Shown in pieces: positions 40,777-53,600 of a DNA stretch of 64,000 bases. The position numbers and the translations under genes were made by a program. The first letter of the stretch is position 1, and each line of letters starts with the position of its first letter. The DNA is from Ophelia neglecta. Lineage: Eukaryota. The notes under the pieces were generated by a model. It was given only the letters and a program-made list of their open reading frames with translations. It ran no database searches and was not told the origin of the DNA. The DNA lies in assembly GCA_965285935.1 (NCBI GenBank), contig OZ260664.1:85994001-86058000 (forward strand), written 5' to 3'.

Positions 40777-41697
40777 TACATACTACGAGTTCAAAAACAA
40801 AGTCTAATCATTTAGCCCGTAGTTCACACAACCCCGGGCGCCCTGTCAAATTATTCATTTCGCATGATGACTTATCTTCTACGTCCTGCTGCATAATTTA
40901 TCCAATCCCCGTCCGGTTTGAATCCAGTTCCATTTTTTTATTCGTAATGGCTTGATATTCCGAATTCACCGAATTACTGTTGCATAGTTTTCCCCACATC
41001 TAATACTTCCCGTTCGTTCACATTTCTTTTACAATTATCGTCATTAGGCAAAAAGTTTTTTTTTCATAGACGTATTATGTCTAGAATCAAACCTCCTGAC
41101 GGCAGATCTGTGCTATATGTGTGAATATATATTCTAAACGAGAAACTGTTTTTATTTCTGGGGCAACATTTTAATAATTGCAAAACAAATAGATTAATTA
41201 AAAAAATTGGCAAGTGTGCGAAAAGTTCACAGCTGAACTTTTTAATTTAAAAAACACTTAATCTGAATAACACCGGATTGTTTTCGAGACAACTACACTA
41301 TATCTTGTTCTTAATTTCACTACCTATAAGCACAAAGACAATCAGTAATATTTCTAAACAGAAGATAAAACATTTAAACAGTCACAATGTATCTGTGACG
41401 TTTCTTAACCAGATATGTACATTATTACTCCTCCAATTGTCCCGGTATAAGGACTGGTTCATACTCGTGATTTTTACGAGAACAACACAGCGTGAGGATG
41501 AGAAGTACTAAATTTACTATGTTAATGTATAATGCCCTACATGTACGCTCTCCCCTGTAAGACGGCAGGAGCGAAACTAATGAACAATTTCCTTTTTACC
41601 GAAGAAAAATGAAATATATTAACATGTAGCATTCGCCAATGATTTACATCTATTTTTTCATCAGATGCTCTACATACAGTGAGCTGCCATTGGCATC

Positions 41698-44600
41698 ATG
41701 GACTTGAACCAGGCGGTGGCCATAGTTGGGGTCGCCTGCCGCTTTCCGGGAGGAGCCAACCTCGATGAATTCTGGAAAACGCTGGAGGAAGGGAAATGTC
41801 TTATGGAAGACATCCGGAAAGACAGATGGAGCATTGATGCTTTTTACGACCCAAACAAAGACGCCGCCGGCAAAACATACTCTAAACGGGCAGCTTTCAT
41901 TGACAAGTAGGATTTTTATATTGTCGTACAGGGGCGAATACAGTTTTAAATAGTGACAAAATGCGTGCGATGCACCATTCCACAAAAGCTACAAAGTTTA
42001 TTATCACAGCGACGTTGAGATGGTCTAAAATAATTGGTGTATTGCGCGATATATATTCGATTACAGGGTAAATTTTTAACATTTGAAGGCAGTTATGAAT
42101 AATATTTAAACAAGCATATCCGATAAAGGTGTGATTTAGTATGTTACATTGTAATTTAGATGGTAAATTATCAAACAAGTAATGTATTATTAAGTGTGTT
42201 CTTTAATAATGCCTTTTACAAGTGGTCTGACTCTAGGAGCTTGCAAAACGAATTTTATTCATACAGTATGAGCATTTATCACTATAGCCGGCTTATCTCG
42301 AGTACATGAGTCAGATCAAGGTACTTCTTGGCGGAGCCTCCCGCGGCGGCACTTGCAATAATTGAGCTTGTATTGCAAAACAACCGATTGGGATAACCGA
42401 CTAGGTATAAGTATAAGTCTGACGGGAATTGAAAATTGGCAATTTGCATTTACACCAACTCGTGAATAACAAATTACCACATGTACCTGGTTTCCTCTAG
42501 TATTAGAATAAAAGCAGGGTGTCTTATGCTGCTTTGATATTTTACACAAAGTGAGTGTCAAGCATAAGAGAAAATCTAGATCCGCTTTGGCGAAATCAAA
42601 CTGGCCTCCACTGATTTGTTATAATTAGTTCACTGAATTTTTTTCAATCTCAGACTCTCGACGAATATAGTTAACCTCATATAGCACAGAACTGAGGTGT
42701 TGTCTAATTGAATTTTTTTTAAATATTCCAAATTTAGAGAATATATAATATTACTTAATTTTTATCACACTACACATGTCTAGTTCACGGGGTCTCAGAA
42801 TCTGATCCTCACGAAGTTATTCAATTTCATTCGTCTCAGGAACGACAGAAGAAATCAAGCAGATGCCAGATTTCAGCTAGTCAAATTCCAACCTCGTTAA
42901 TTGCAACTAGTGTCAAAATGGAGACTAGAAGAGGCTGCTGTTGTAATGATTTTTTTCGTGGTTGTGCCTCGGTGTGCCCTGTTATATCAGAGTGTTTAAT
43001 CCCACAATCTTCATTCCATTGTGCACATTTCATACAAGGATCTACAGAGGCTAGGCCGTTGACTAATTTATTACTTTTATTTACTCCCTCTCAATGTTAC
43101 ACACGATTATTCTTATTATAGCCCAACGTCCGTATAACTGCTATAAATTCTAAGCCACTACTCTAGTCTAGCACATTGTTATAGGATAATCGATTAATTC
43201 AATACCTAATATGAGGTTGCAAACGTAGTGGGTAGGAGAATTCTAGACATGTACTGTTGCACCTAGGGCAGTAATCAACCAATATTTCATGATTTAGGCA
43301 CAACAGTTTATTCCAAGTTGGGTTTTTACAGGTAAACTGAATACACGGAGAGCTTTATTGGGAATATTTTATCAAAATGAGTCATTAAACCTTTAAGTAC
43401 TTTTTTAATAGAATCAAACGGGTGCAAAGATTCTGAAAGCAATTTATTACCTTTTTATATATAAAAAAACAGTATACGAGCAGAATTGTCCTTTGTTATA
43501 TTCACAATGAAGCGGATAGTCCTCGCAGTCTAAAACACACGCTTCTATTGCAGCGGAAATGCCAGGTTTAGTGTTTGGCAGCATAAGCATAAATAAGTTA
43601 AAAACACGGCGAGGCAAGGCGCCGACGTGACGTGACTTGACTGGACACGTATATTGAAAACCTTAGTGTATATAACTGTAACGCGTCTATTCGAGACCTA
43701 TAGCCTATAAGCTATAACCTATAACGCGTTTATTCCTGACCTATAGCCTATGGTACTATAACGCGTTTATTCCTGACCTATAGCCTACGGTACTAAATCG
43801 CGTCTATTCTAGACCTGACCTATAGCCTACGGTACTGTATCGCGTTTTTTCTAGAACTATAGCCTTTGGTACTGTAAGGCGGTTATTCAAGACCTAGAGC
43901 TTATGCTACTGTAAGGCGTCTAATCGAGACTTATAGCCTATGGTAGTGTTAGAGGTCTTTGCGAGACATATAGCCTTTGGTAGTGTTAGAGGTCTATTCG
44001 AGACATACAGCCTTTGGTACTGTAATGTGTCTATTTGAGACCTATAGCCAATGATATTGTAACGCGTCTATTCTGTAAATCGTCTATTCGAGATCTATAG
44101 CCTTGTGTTACATAACGCGTGTTTACGAGACCTATAGCCTATGCCACTATGAACCAAGTAACTTTTATGATACATGTATATTCATTTTCGGGATCTACGT
44201 GAAATTGATAAATAGATATTCTTGCATGATCGTCTAAATCTTGATTTAAAACCCCACAAGAGTTTCAAACCATCGGATAGAAATATAAATTGCTTACTTT
44301 CTTTCAGCTGGGACGAGTGGGACAATACCTTTTTTGAAGTCAGCGAGGCGGAGGCAGAACGAATGGATCCTCAACAAAAGATCGCGCTTGAATGCGTCTA
44401 CAAAGCGATAGAGAACGCGGGCATCAGCATTGACGACCTCTGGGGCAGTAACACCAGTGTGTATATAGGTAAGTAGTATGGTAATCACCATCCTGATAAG
44501 CAAATACGATTTGCTGTTAGCAAGACGTGTACATTTTGCTGAATACATTTCATAGTAAGGATTTTTCAATTTTGTTGCGGGGGTGGGGGGGGGGGAGATT

Positions 44601-47600
44601 ATTGTATCCGAGTGATTTCTTTACCAAATGGCTGTACATTCAGAATGCCTTTATTTCAGCCAATTTTTAAAGCAAATTCATTGACACGGTTTGCGATTGA
44701 GGCCTCCCAAAACGTTGGCCGAATTTTCAGCTTCATGGTCACAGCGATATCTCCGAAATTGAAGGCCTTCACGGACAATATCTCGGCTGCTATTCTTAAA
44801 ATATGAACGCTCGCATCTCGACTGTTCATTATCTAGCCCAATCATGTGTGTAGGTGTTGACACGTTTTTCATAACTTACCATCGCCAACTTGGAGTAGTA
44901 TTGCAGTATGGAATTGTCTACACACAGTGAGTTAATGTTACGTCATGACAAGTAGTGCAGGATCGGATCGTTTATACACCAGAATGCACTGGTTAACATT
45001 ACCTCGGGAAACCCCTTTATAATGTTATGTATCATATCAATTGAACATACATAATGAACACATTCTTAAGGCAGTATTTCTTCGTTATATTAGTACGCAT
45101 TAGAACTTGTCTTGGTAATTCAATAATATAGGTTGTAGATTTTGCCTTGTAAAAAACACTTTCTCTTCGATTTTAATTATTTACAAGTGCTTTTTAAATT
45201 AAATTAGTTTTTGCTTTTGAAGGCAGATGACCATGGCCAATTTCACTTGGACTCAATTTTCCTGCTCAAGTTCTAAGACAACATATCATGTTTGTTGTTT
45301 CTTTTGTGGTGTGCTAATTTCTGGTATTTTATTACTTTTCACCCGGGCCTCTTGAGTGATGTATTTGGCCCTTTGGCTGGTATCTCCCGATGCTGTAAGA
45401 ACTGTTAGACGGGCGGTGCTTCATTTATGATTTTGCGTTGTCAGCCGGGTATCCACTAAGGTCTTTTTTTCATCCTGATAATACTTACCTACTTTAGATT
45501 TCATCTAAAAATACTATGCATGAAAGATTAAGAATACCATATCACATAACAGATGGGAGCTGAGTCTTTGTGTGTTTATGTGTGTTGAAGCGAGGGGTGT
45601 CTTGTAAAAAGCCTTTTTGTTATGTTTCCTTTTCTTCGCAAAAGTATGTATGAATTGTTTATCTTTTAATTGGGATCAGTCTATTCCAAAATCGCCTATG
45701 TGTTCTTGTATTATTTAGAGAAAGAGAACACGGTTTGTGAGAAGGTGCTGATTCTGCCGAAAGGTGTTCATTTTCATTGAATATAGCTACCTTCAAAGAC
45801 AATGCTAATTTAAAACCACATAATACATATTTGACATTAATATTTAAAACACTAAACGTCTACATAAAACCGGATTCGGAGTTCCTTTTCATTATTGAAC
45901 CATATAAAAAGTAGTATGCTTATATTTCAGGACAAATGAATAATGATAAGGCGGGCCTGTCCGAGAGAGATTTGTCAGAGGTGTCCAGTTATACCAGTAC
46001 CGGAATCGCTCGGAGTATGCTGTCCAACCGAGTGTCTTACACCTACAATCTACAAGGCCCTTCTATGACTCTGGACACGGCCTGCTCGGCGGGACTCGTG
46101 GCGGTCCATCAGGGCATCCGCTCTATCTTGTCAGGTAAGATACATTTTGCGGGTTAGGGTATGCACTAACATCGATGTATTCAATAACAAAACTCCCTTT
46201 TAAAAAAGAAACTAAAATCTGACCTGTGTGCTAACCAGCTGGTATGTGTATATATCTGTAATGATTTTACCACGCCGGAAATATATCTTAATTGCTTAAG
46301 AGTTGATAAATTTACACTGATGCAACCTTCATCTCGATTTGGCACAGATACCTCCTTGGTAAATAGTTATATAGGCGTTTTCTACAAGAAAAATTCCGAC
46401 CATGAAATAGAACCAAATAAAATACAATATTGATACGGCTGCTTTCTGCCAAATAGCGCCATGTTTCGTTGAATTTTTTTCCAATTATATGAAGGTTACG
46501 TAACAACTCCATGGGGGCCACTGGACCATGTACACCTAAATAATCGAGTTTTTAGAAATCCAAAATATCGAGTTATTAGTTCGCAATGGTGTGCTTATAT
46601 AGATATCGTAATTTCGAGTGAAAAATGTCCCTTGATAACCTATTAGGTTCCCGTGTACTCTCGCACAAGAAATTACCTTTTAATCCAACGCGACCAAGTG
46701 GTTACCCTACGGCTGTCTGAATCAAACTATACTAAACATGTATTTCAATAAAAAATACATGCCGCCATACCTTGTTTCGGGAATTATAACCATTTTTAAT
46801 CAACCAGGTTCGTATTATGTATAAAGTGGTAATGTCCAAGTAAGATAACAAAACATAATGCATTGACATATATGAATTATAAAATGAGTTCTTTAAGCGC
46901 CCTATGCAATATCTACCAGCCAGATAATTAGGGTATGCTATCGCTGTTATCGCTGAGAGGAGACAAAGTTAAAGTGTTGGAATCCGCATTATAATAGTTG
47001 TACTAAACTTGACACCTAACACATTTTATTTGATTTGATCATTTCCAGGCGAATGCTGTGTATCAATATGTGGAGGTATTAGCCTCATACTCTCCCCATC
47101 ACCATTTGTAGGCCTAAGTAAGGCCCGCATGTCTTCAGAGACCGGAACATGTCACGCCTTCTCTGACAAGGCCGATGGTTACGCCAGAGGTGAAGGGAGC
47201 GGTGTTCTCGTGCTCAAATCAGTCAAACAGGTGGATTATTTACTGTGATACTTAGAGATATACAAGGTCCCAACGTATTAAAATGAGCACTTTTTTCCAT
47301 TTATTCTAAAGGTACATTTAAAGTAGTTCTGACTATTTTAAGGCCAAAGAAGACGGTGATTACATATGGGGTTTCATTGCATCAGCGGTCAACCAGGACG
47401 GCCACACTGTCACACCGATCACTGCACCAAGTGTTACCATGCAGGAGAAATTACTAAGAGAGCTGTATGGAAAAATACAACTCGAACCTGAGGTGGTTCA
47501 ATATGTGGAAGCACACGGTAGGCTACTTCACGCGAAGGGGCAGTATGGTGGTCTCAGGAGAAAGAAAAACGTTGCTAAAGTTGTCGTAAAAATATGTCAT

Positions 47601-50600
47601 ATTATCACATTCTGGCGGGGCACATACGCCGATACATGTCCAGCTCCCTTTACCAGTGTATAATTCTTGTTTGGTTGTGTGTAATGTCAATTGCTACCAT
47701 TATTTCCTTAAAAAGGGAAGTGTTATTCAAGTGCCATTTTATAGCAAATATCCGTCAAATATAGAATTGATATATAAAGATAAAAAAGCATCGGCAGCCG
47801 AAGTCAGAAATCAATTAGCGGGTGCCGTCACGCAAGCTTATTGTGAAAGCAAACTCCATTAAGAGGCACAATAGATTAATGCACAGCACCATTCCAGCCT
47901 TTTTGATTAGCATGGGGCCAGTTTTAGCCCCCTTGCTGCTGCGGAACATTTTGAATTACATTTTATCACTATTTGTAAGTAGTGTTTTCGTTGCCGGATC
48001 TTTCGACATATCAAAGCACAGCATTACAATTATCGTTTTGGTGTGTCTGTGAAAGTAAAGAAATATATAAATTGATCCTCAGAAATCTCGGTGAAGATGG
48101 CCCGTGCACGGTAGGTTTAGTCACTCCTATTTTCAAGGAAATTTGGTCTTAACATTGATTTTTGTTTACTTGTTTTCAATAATTAACGGATTTCTGCGGT
48201 AAACTATAGAACCTATATTCAAATGCGTGACCAAAAAACACTACTTTCATAGGTAAAACAAGGACCCATGGAAAGTACGTCCTATTGTTCGACCCATGTT
48301 TCCGTGAATCTACATTAAATGTAGTATCCTATCGATTGAAAGTGTTCAGATACTTGTTCTTTAAAATGACATTTGTTTTATTTTCCAGGGACTGGAACAC
48401 GCGCAGGCGACCCGGTAGAAGTCGGAAGTCTGGGCCGTGTTATCGGCGCCGCCCATGACAAGAAAGATCCCTGTTGGATAGGTTCTGTAAAAACCAATAT
48501 CGGTCATACAGAATCAGCGGCCGGTATTGCTGGAACAATCAAAGTTTTGCTGATGATGAGGCATGGTAAGATCGTTCCGTCTTTACACTTTGATGTGCCC
48601 AACCCGAACATTGACTGGAATTCGTCAAACCTTGCGGTACCTACGTCGGTGATGCCTTGGCAAGTAAACCCGCAGGGATTACGCATCGCTGGCATAAATT
48701 CTTTTGGTTTCGGTGGAACAAATGCGCACGCTATTCTGGTGCAAGAAGAACATTTTCCTAAAACCAGCGGTCTGGGCGATAAAGGTAATCATGACCTGAA
48801 CATAGTTACAATTTCGGGAAAGTGTCAAAATGCTTTAACACAATCTATGGCTGACCTTCTCGCTGCCATCAAATCAGGGCAAATTCAAAACAATGTTCTT
48901 TCTCTGAGCTTCACTTCAACTGCTCGACGAAGCCATTTCCGCTTTAGAAGAGCATTTACTGTTCACGACACGTTAGAACTTGCAGCGCAGTTAGAAAAGA
49001 AGGCAGAAATGCCGACCCATACTTCTTTTAGCAAAGAAAATTCCATTGTTTTTGTTTTCGGTGGCATGGGCACTCACTGGTCTGGGATGGGAATGCAACT
49101 CATTCAATGTGAGAGGGTTTTCCGTGAGAAAATGGAAGAGATTGATTCCATTATACAGCAGTGCGAAGGTTGGGGGCTCCTTAGTGCAATACAGACTGGT
49201 AGCGATCTGTCTGACCCAACCGTAGGTCAGCCAGCTATCTTTGCTATTCAGGTTTCTTTGGCCACTCTTTGGAGGTCTTGGGATGTCCTTCCCCGTGCTG
49301 TAATTGGCCTCTCCGTTGGAGAAGTTGCCGCAGCTCACATTGCGGGTAAACTTAACCTCTCCGATGCAGTCAAGGTGATCTGTACTAGAGGCAAGCTCCT
49401 CAGCCAAGTAACTGGTGGATCCATGCTTGTCATCGGGAACATGGAAGTTTCCGCTGTCAAATTGTACATTAGTCAGTTTGGTGGCACGGTTGAAATAGGT
49501 GCACAAAATAGTCCAATAACCTGCACCATATCTGGCGATGAAAAACAAATTGATGCAATCCACAACGAGCTGAATTCTTTGAAAGCGACAGAAAACCCTC
49601 GCTTGTTTCTCAGAAAACTTCCGGTCAATATCGCCTTCCATAGCCATTTTATTGATTCGATTGTACAGCCTTTAGGAGAACAACTCGCACAGCTATCCGA
49701 AGCACATCTTGAGAATTCCACCGACATCATCTCATCAGTCTCTGGTAAAAAGGCAAGTACTGGGGATTTCACTACAGCACACTATTGGCAAAAGAATGCT
49801 CGACAAGGGGCAGTGTTCTTTCAAGGGATACAAACACTTTCAAAAATGGTTAAGAGTCCTATTTTCATCGAGATTAGCCCTAAACCTGCTTTAGGACGCA
49901 ACATCACTGAAACTCTTAACGGTCATCCGCCTTTGATAGTCCCATCGATGAAAGAGAATGAAGAATCGAGTACGATTATAAAATCGCTGGCCGCGATTTA
50001 TGCAAGTGGGGTAAACATTGCATGGAAGTCATTTTGGGGTAATGTCAAAGCGGAAATATCAACTTTCCCTCGATATCAATACCAGAGAAAGAGACTGTAT
50101 AACGAAACTAAATCCGTTACAAAATGGCGATTGGGACAAAATGGATCAGATTGTCACAGTACACGTGAACATGATACTGGCTTTCTTGTGCCAGAGGGGG
50201 AGGGTTGGCTCTGTCTGATTAACAAAGAAACAACGCCTTTTGTTTACGACCATCGACGCACCGGGAAGCCATTAGTTCCCGCTGCAATGTATGCCGAGAT
50301 CGGTTTGTCAGCATGTATTGCTACTTTGCAAAACAAGACCCATTTGAAAAACAGCACCACAAATGTATCACTAGTTAACGCACTTCACCTAAATCAGGAA
50401 GATGCAGAATCCAAAATCCATGTTTTAGCTGACCAACAACCTGAGATGCCATGCAATTACTTGCGGTTCTTTATTAAAGGAGGCTCAATGCTGCTGGCAG
50501 AAGGTGATGTTCAGTTTCTCCAAGAAGAAGATACTGGTGATATATTTGACATTGAAGCCATCAAAGTAAGATGTGCTGAGTACTTTGAAGCTGAACACTT

Positions 50601-53600
50601 ATATGACCTACTGGAAACGCACAAATACACATATGGTAAACGTATGCGAGCTGTGGAAGAAGGTGTCAAAAACAAGACTGAGTGCTTGACAAAAATTGTC
50701 CTCCCTAAGGACGTCCATCATGAGAGGAGGGGTGTTATCATTCATCCAGCCATTTTGGACTCCTGCTTTCAACTGGTCGCCTTGCTGATTTCCCAGGACG
50801 CTCGGAAGTCCCTGGCTGTTCCAGTCGCGCTCCATGGACTGAAAGTACTAGGTGACCCTATGAATGCAAAATGGATTTACATGAAGGTTATTTTTAAAAC
50901 TAAATCCCAGTCAGAGTTTTCTGCGCATATCCTAGATATCAATGGCCATGAGCTTGCAAAAGCTAGTCGCATTATCATTAAATCTATCGATGAGGTTTTG
51001 CTGCAGAATCCGTCTGAACTGCGTTACATGCAAGGTTGGATACTAACGAAACGTGACGTAAAAAAGGACCAGACTAATGATTATATAGATGAATCAGCCA
51101 AGAACACTAACATATGCCATATCTATGCCAACAGTGAGTTGAACCGAGATGTGACCACATCGTTAACAGGGCAAGGGGCTTGCGTAACGCCGATTGCATG
51201 TCGTAATATCACAAGTGACATTGAGAAATGCTTCATAGAAGTTAGTCCAAAGGCCATTTTGTTTTCCATGGCTATACGCCCACAAGCTGCCACTCAGTTC
51301 ACTGAATCTGACCTGGCAGTGTCCGAGGAATGTTGCTGGTGTCTCATGAACATTTTAAAGTATTGTTTGAAACGCAAATACATCCTACCAGTATTTGTAC
51401 TGACCAAGCACGTTTATTTGCGACAAGACCAGGCACCTTGGGCTCAGCTGCATGATTTACCACAACTGAATGCCAACTCGAGTCTGATAGGCTCCGCACT
51501 GTGGGGTTTGGCCAGAACCGCTGTTCGTGAGGGTCTCCGAGTCATCTGTATTGACATGATTCGCTGTAACCTAGAAGAAATCAACAAAGTTTCTTCTCTG
51601 GTAATGAGCGACACAATGCCTTACCCTGAGTGGGTTCTCGCTGATTATTATTCATACAGAAATGAGTTTCTACCCTACATGGGACCACCCGCTCACAACC
51701 ATAGAGTCATACCCATGCGACATGACGATGTTGTACGGATTGTGTCTAAAACTAGTCATGGGAGTATAACAGTTCAACAAGATGTTGTGGAACTAAAGCA
51801 GGAAGACACACATGGACATGTTAAAGTAGTTAGTGCCAGACTCCATGATAACAGCTGGTTTCCTTCTTACTGGAATGACAATCCTCATGACGCGTGCACC
51901 ATTAATGACGAGGCTCAGACCATATTGGCTTTGGATTACACGGCAAAGATGTTGAATCCTGATAGGCAAGGCGAATTTTTCGGCTGTCAGCCCATACCAC
52001 TCGTGGAAGTGGCTCATGTAGATAGCAGAACGCTAGTTCCTGTATCGTTGCTCCCCAGCGACCAGCCAATGCTTTCCCTCTGGCTTGTTTCTTGGGATGT
52101 TTTACACAAACACGCCGCCGGAATTAATCATATTCGGGTTCACAACCTGGCTAACTGGCATATTCTGGAAAACTGCATTAAGTCTGTTGCACAAGCTCTG
52201 ACCGTTAGCGTTGAAGAAGACACGTCTGTTATTGTACCATTAGCAATAGTCTTCGCATGTAAGAACATGGCGCCCAAAGCGTTACATTCCATATTGCAAA
52301 CCTCGGAAAAGGCAATAGTTATAACATCAGATGCCAATTTGAGAGTTGTCTGTGGATCATTAATGGACGAAGGGCATTTTAGAAATGTAACTTTCTACAA
52401 CCATGTAGATTTATTTGTGCCCCATCAATTGGTTGAGCTGGTCCCAAATTTCAAAGCGTGGCTGATAAAATGCCCCCTTCCCAAAATTCCACTGCAATGC
52501 AAAGTCATTAAGCCAAAGCCAAACGAACTGCGAGAAGGCTTTGTTATTAATGGAATAAAAAACCAAGGGAACAACATTGTTATGGAATTACCACAGAGAG
52601 ACATTAGTACAATTCCAAGAATTACTTACCAAACACAAACTCTGTTCAGATCAAACGGTTGTTACATTTTGGTGGGTGCCAACAAAGGGCAGGGGTTAGC
52701 ATTTCTAAAGCAAATGGCCGCACTTGGCGCTGGTGTTCTGATTGCTTTGTCACGAACTCCACCTACGAAGGCAGTATTTGAAGAATATGAGCTCATGTCA
52801 AAAGAAAACAATGTTCAAATTCATTGGGTTCAAACCGACGCTACAGACAAGAACAGTCTCATTGAGGCATTCGTCACCATTGACAGGCTGCGCGGAAAAT
52901 GCCCTATAAGAGGGATATTCCAAGGAGCTGTAGTTCTCGCTGATGCGTTGGTGCAGAACTTAACATACGAACAATTTGTCTATGCTTACAGGGTTAAAGT
53001 GCATGGCACATTTTACCTCCACTCTCTTACACAAGATATGGAATTGGATTACTTCGTGTTGCATTCATCCATCACTGCTATATTAGGGAACATAGGACAG
53101 ACAGCGTATGGGGCTGCAAATGAATTTATGAATTGTTTTGCTAGTTACCGGCGGTCCATTGGTCTCCCTGGCCAAAGCATCAATTGGTCGCCTCTTAAGT
53201 ATGGGGTTATTCAGTGGAATACAGCTGCAAAGCGCCATTTAATGTCTGTTGGCATTGTTCCTTTAGAGAATGATGAAGTGTGGTATTGCATGAAACATGC
53301 CTTGCTAGGCGATCTTACATACGTGACCTATGGCAAATTTGACCTGGAAAAGTTGATAACTAAGGGTCACCAGGAAGCCTTTGGTATTTCAAGTAGACTG
53401 ATATTTCTTGCCACAACTGCCTCTCTAAAAAGGAACGATCCCATAGACTCGCAAATTATGCCTATCAATCTGTCCAAAATGGCTTCTGAAGCACAAGCGT
53501 CCAAATCAAAATCACAGTGTTATATTGAAGACATTATATCTGAACAGTTGTCAATCAGTTCACAAGAACTTGCTGGTAGCCACGCATTACCATTGGCCGA

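Noticed and set aside
43675-44150. CRISPR-like array (37-bp periodicity)
   Set aside because: Units are contiguous with no unique spacers, there are no cas genes, and it lies in a spliceosomal intron.
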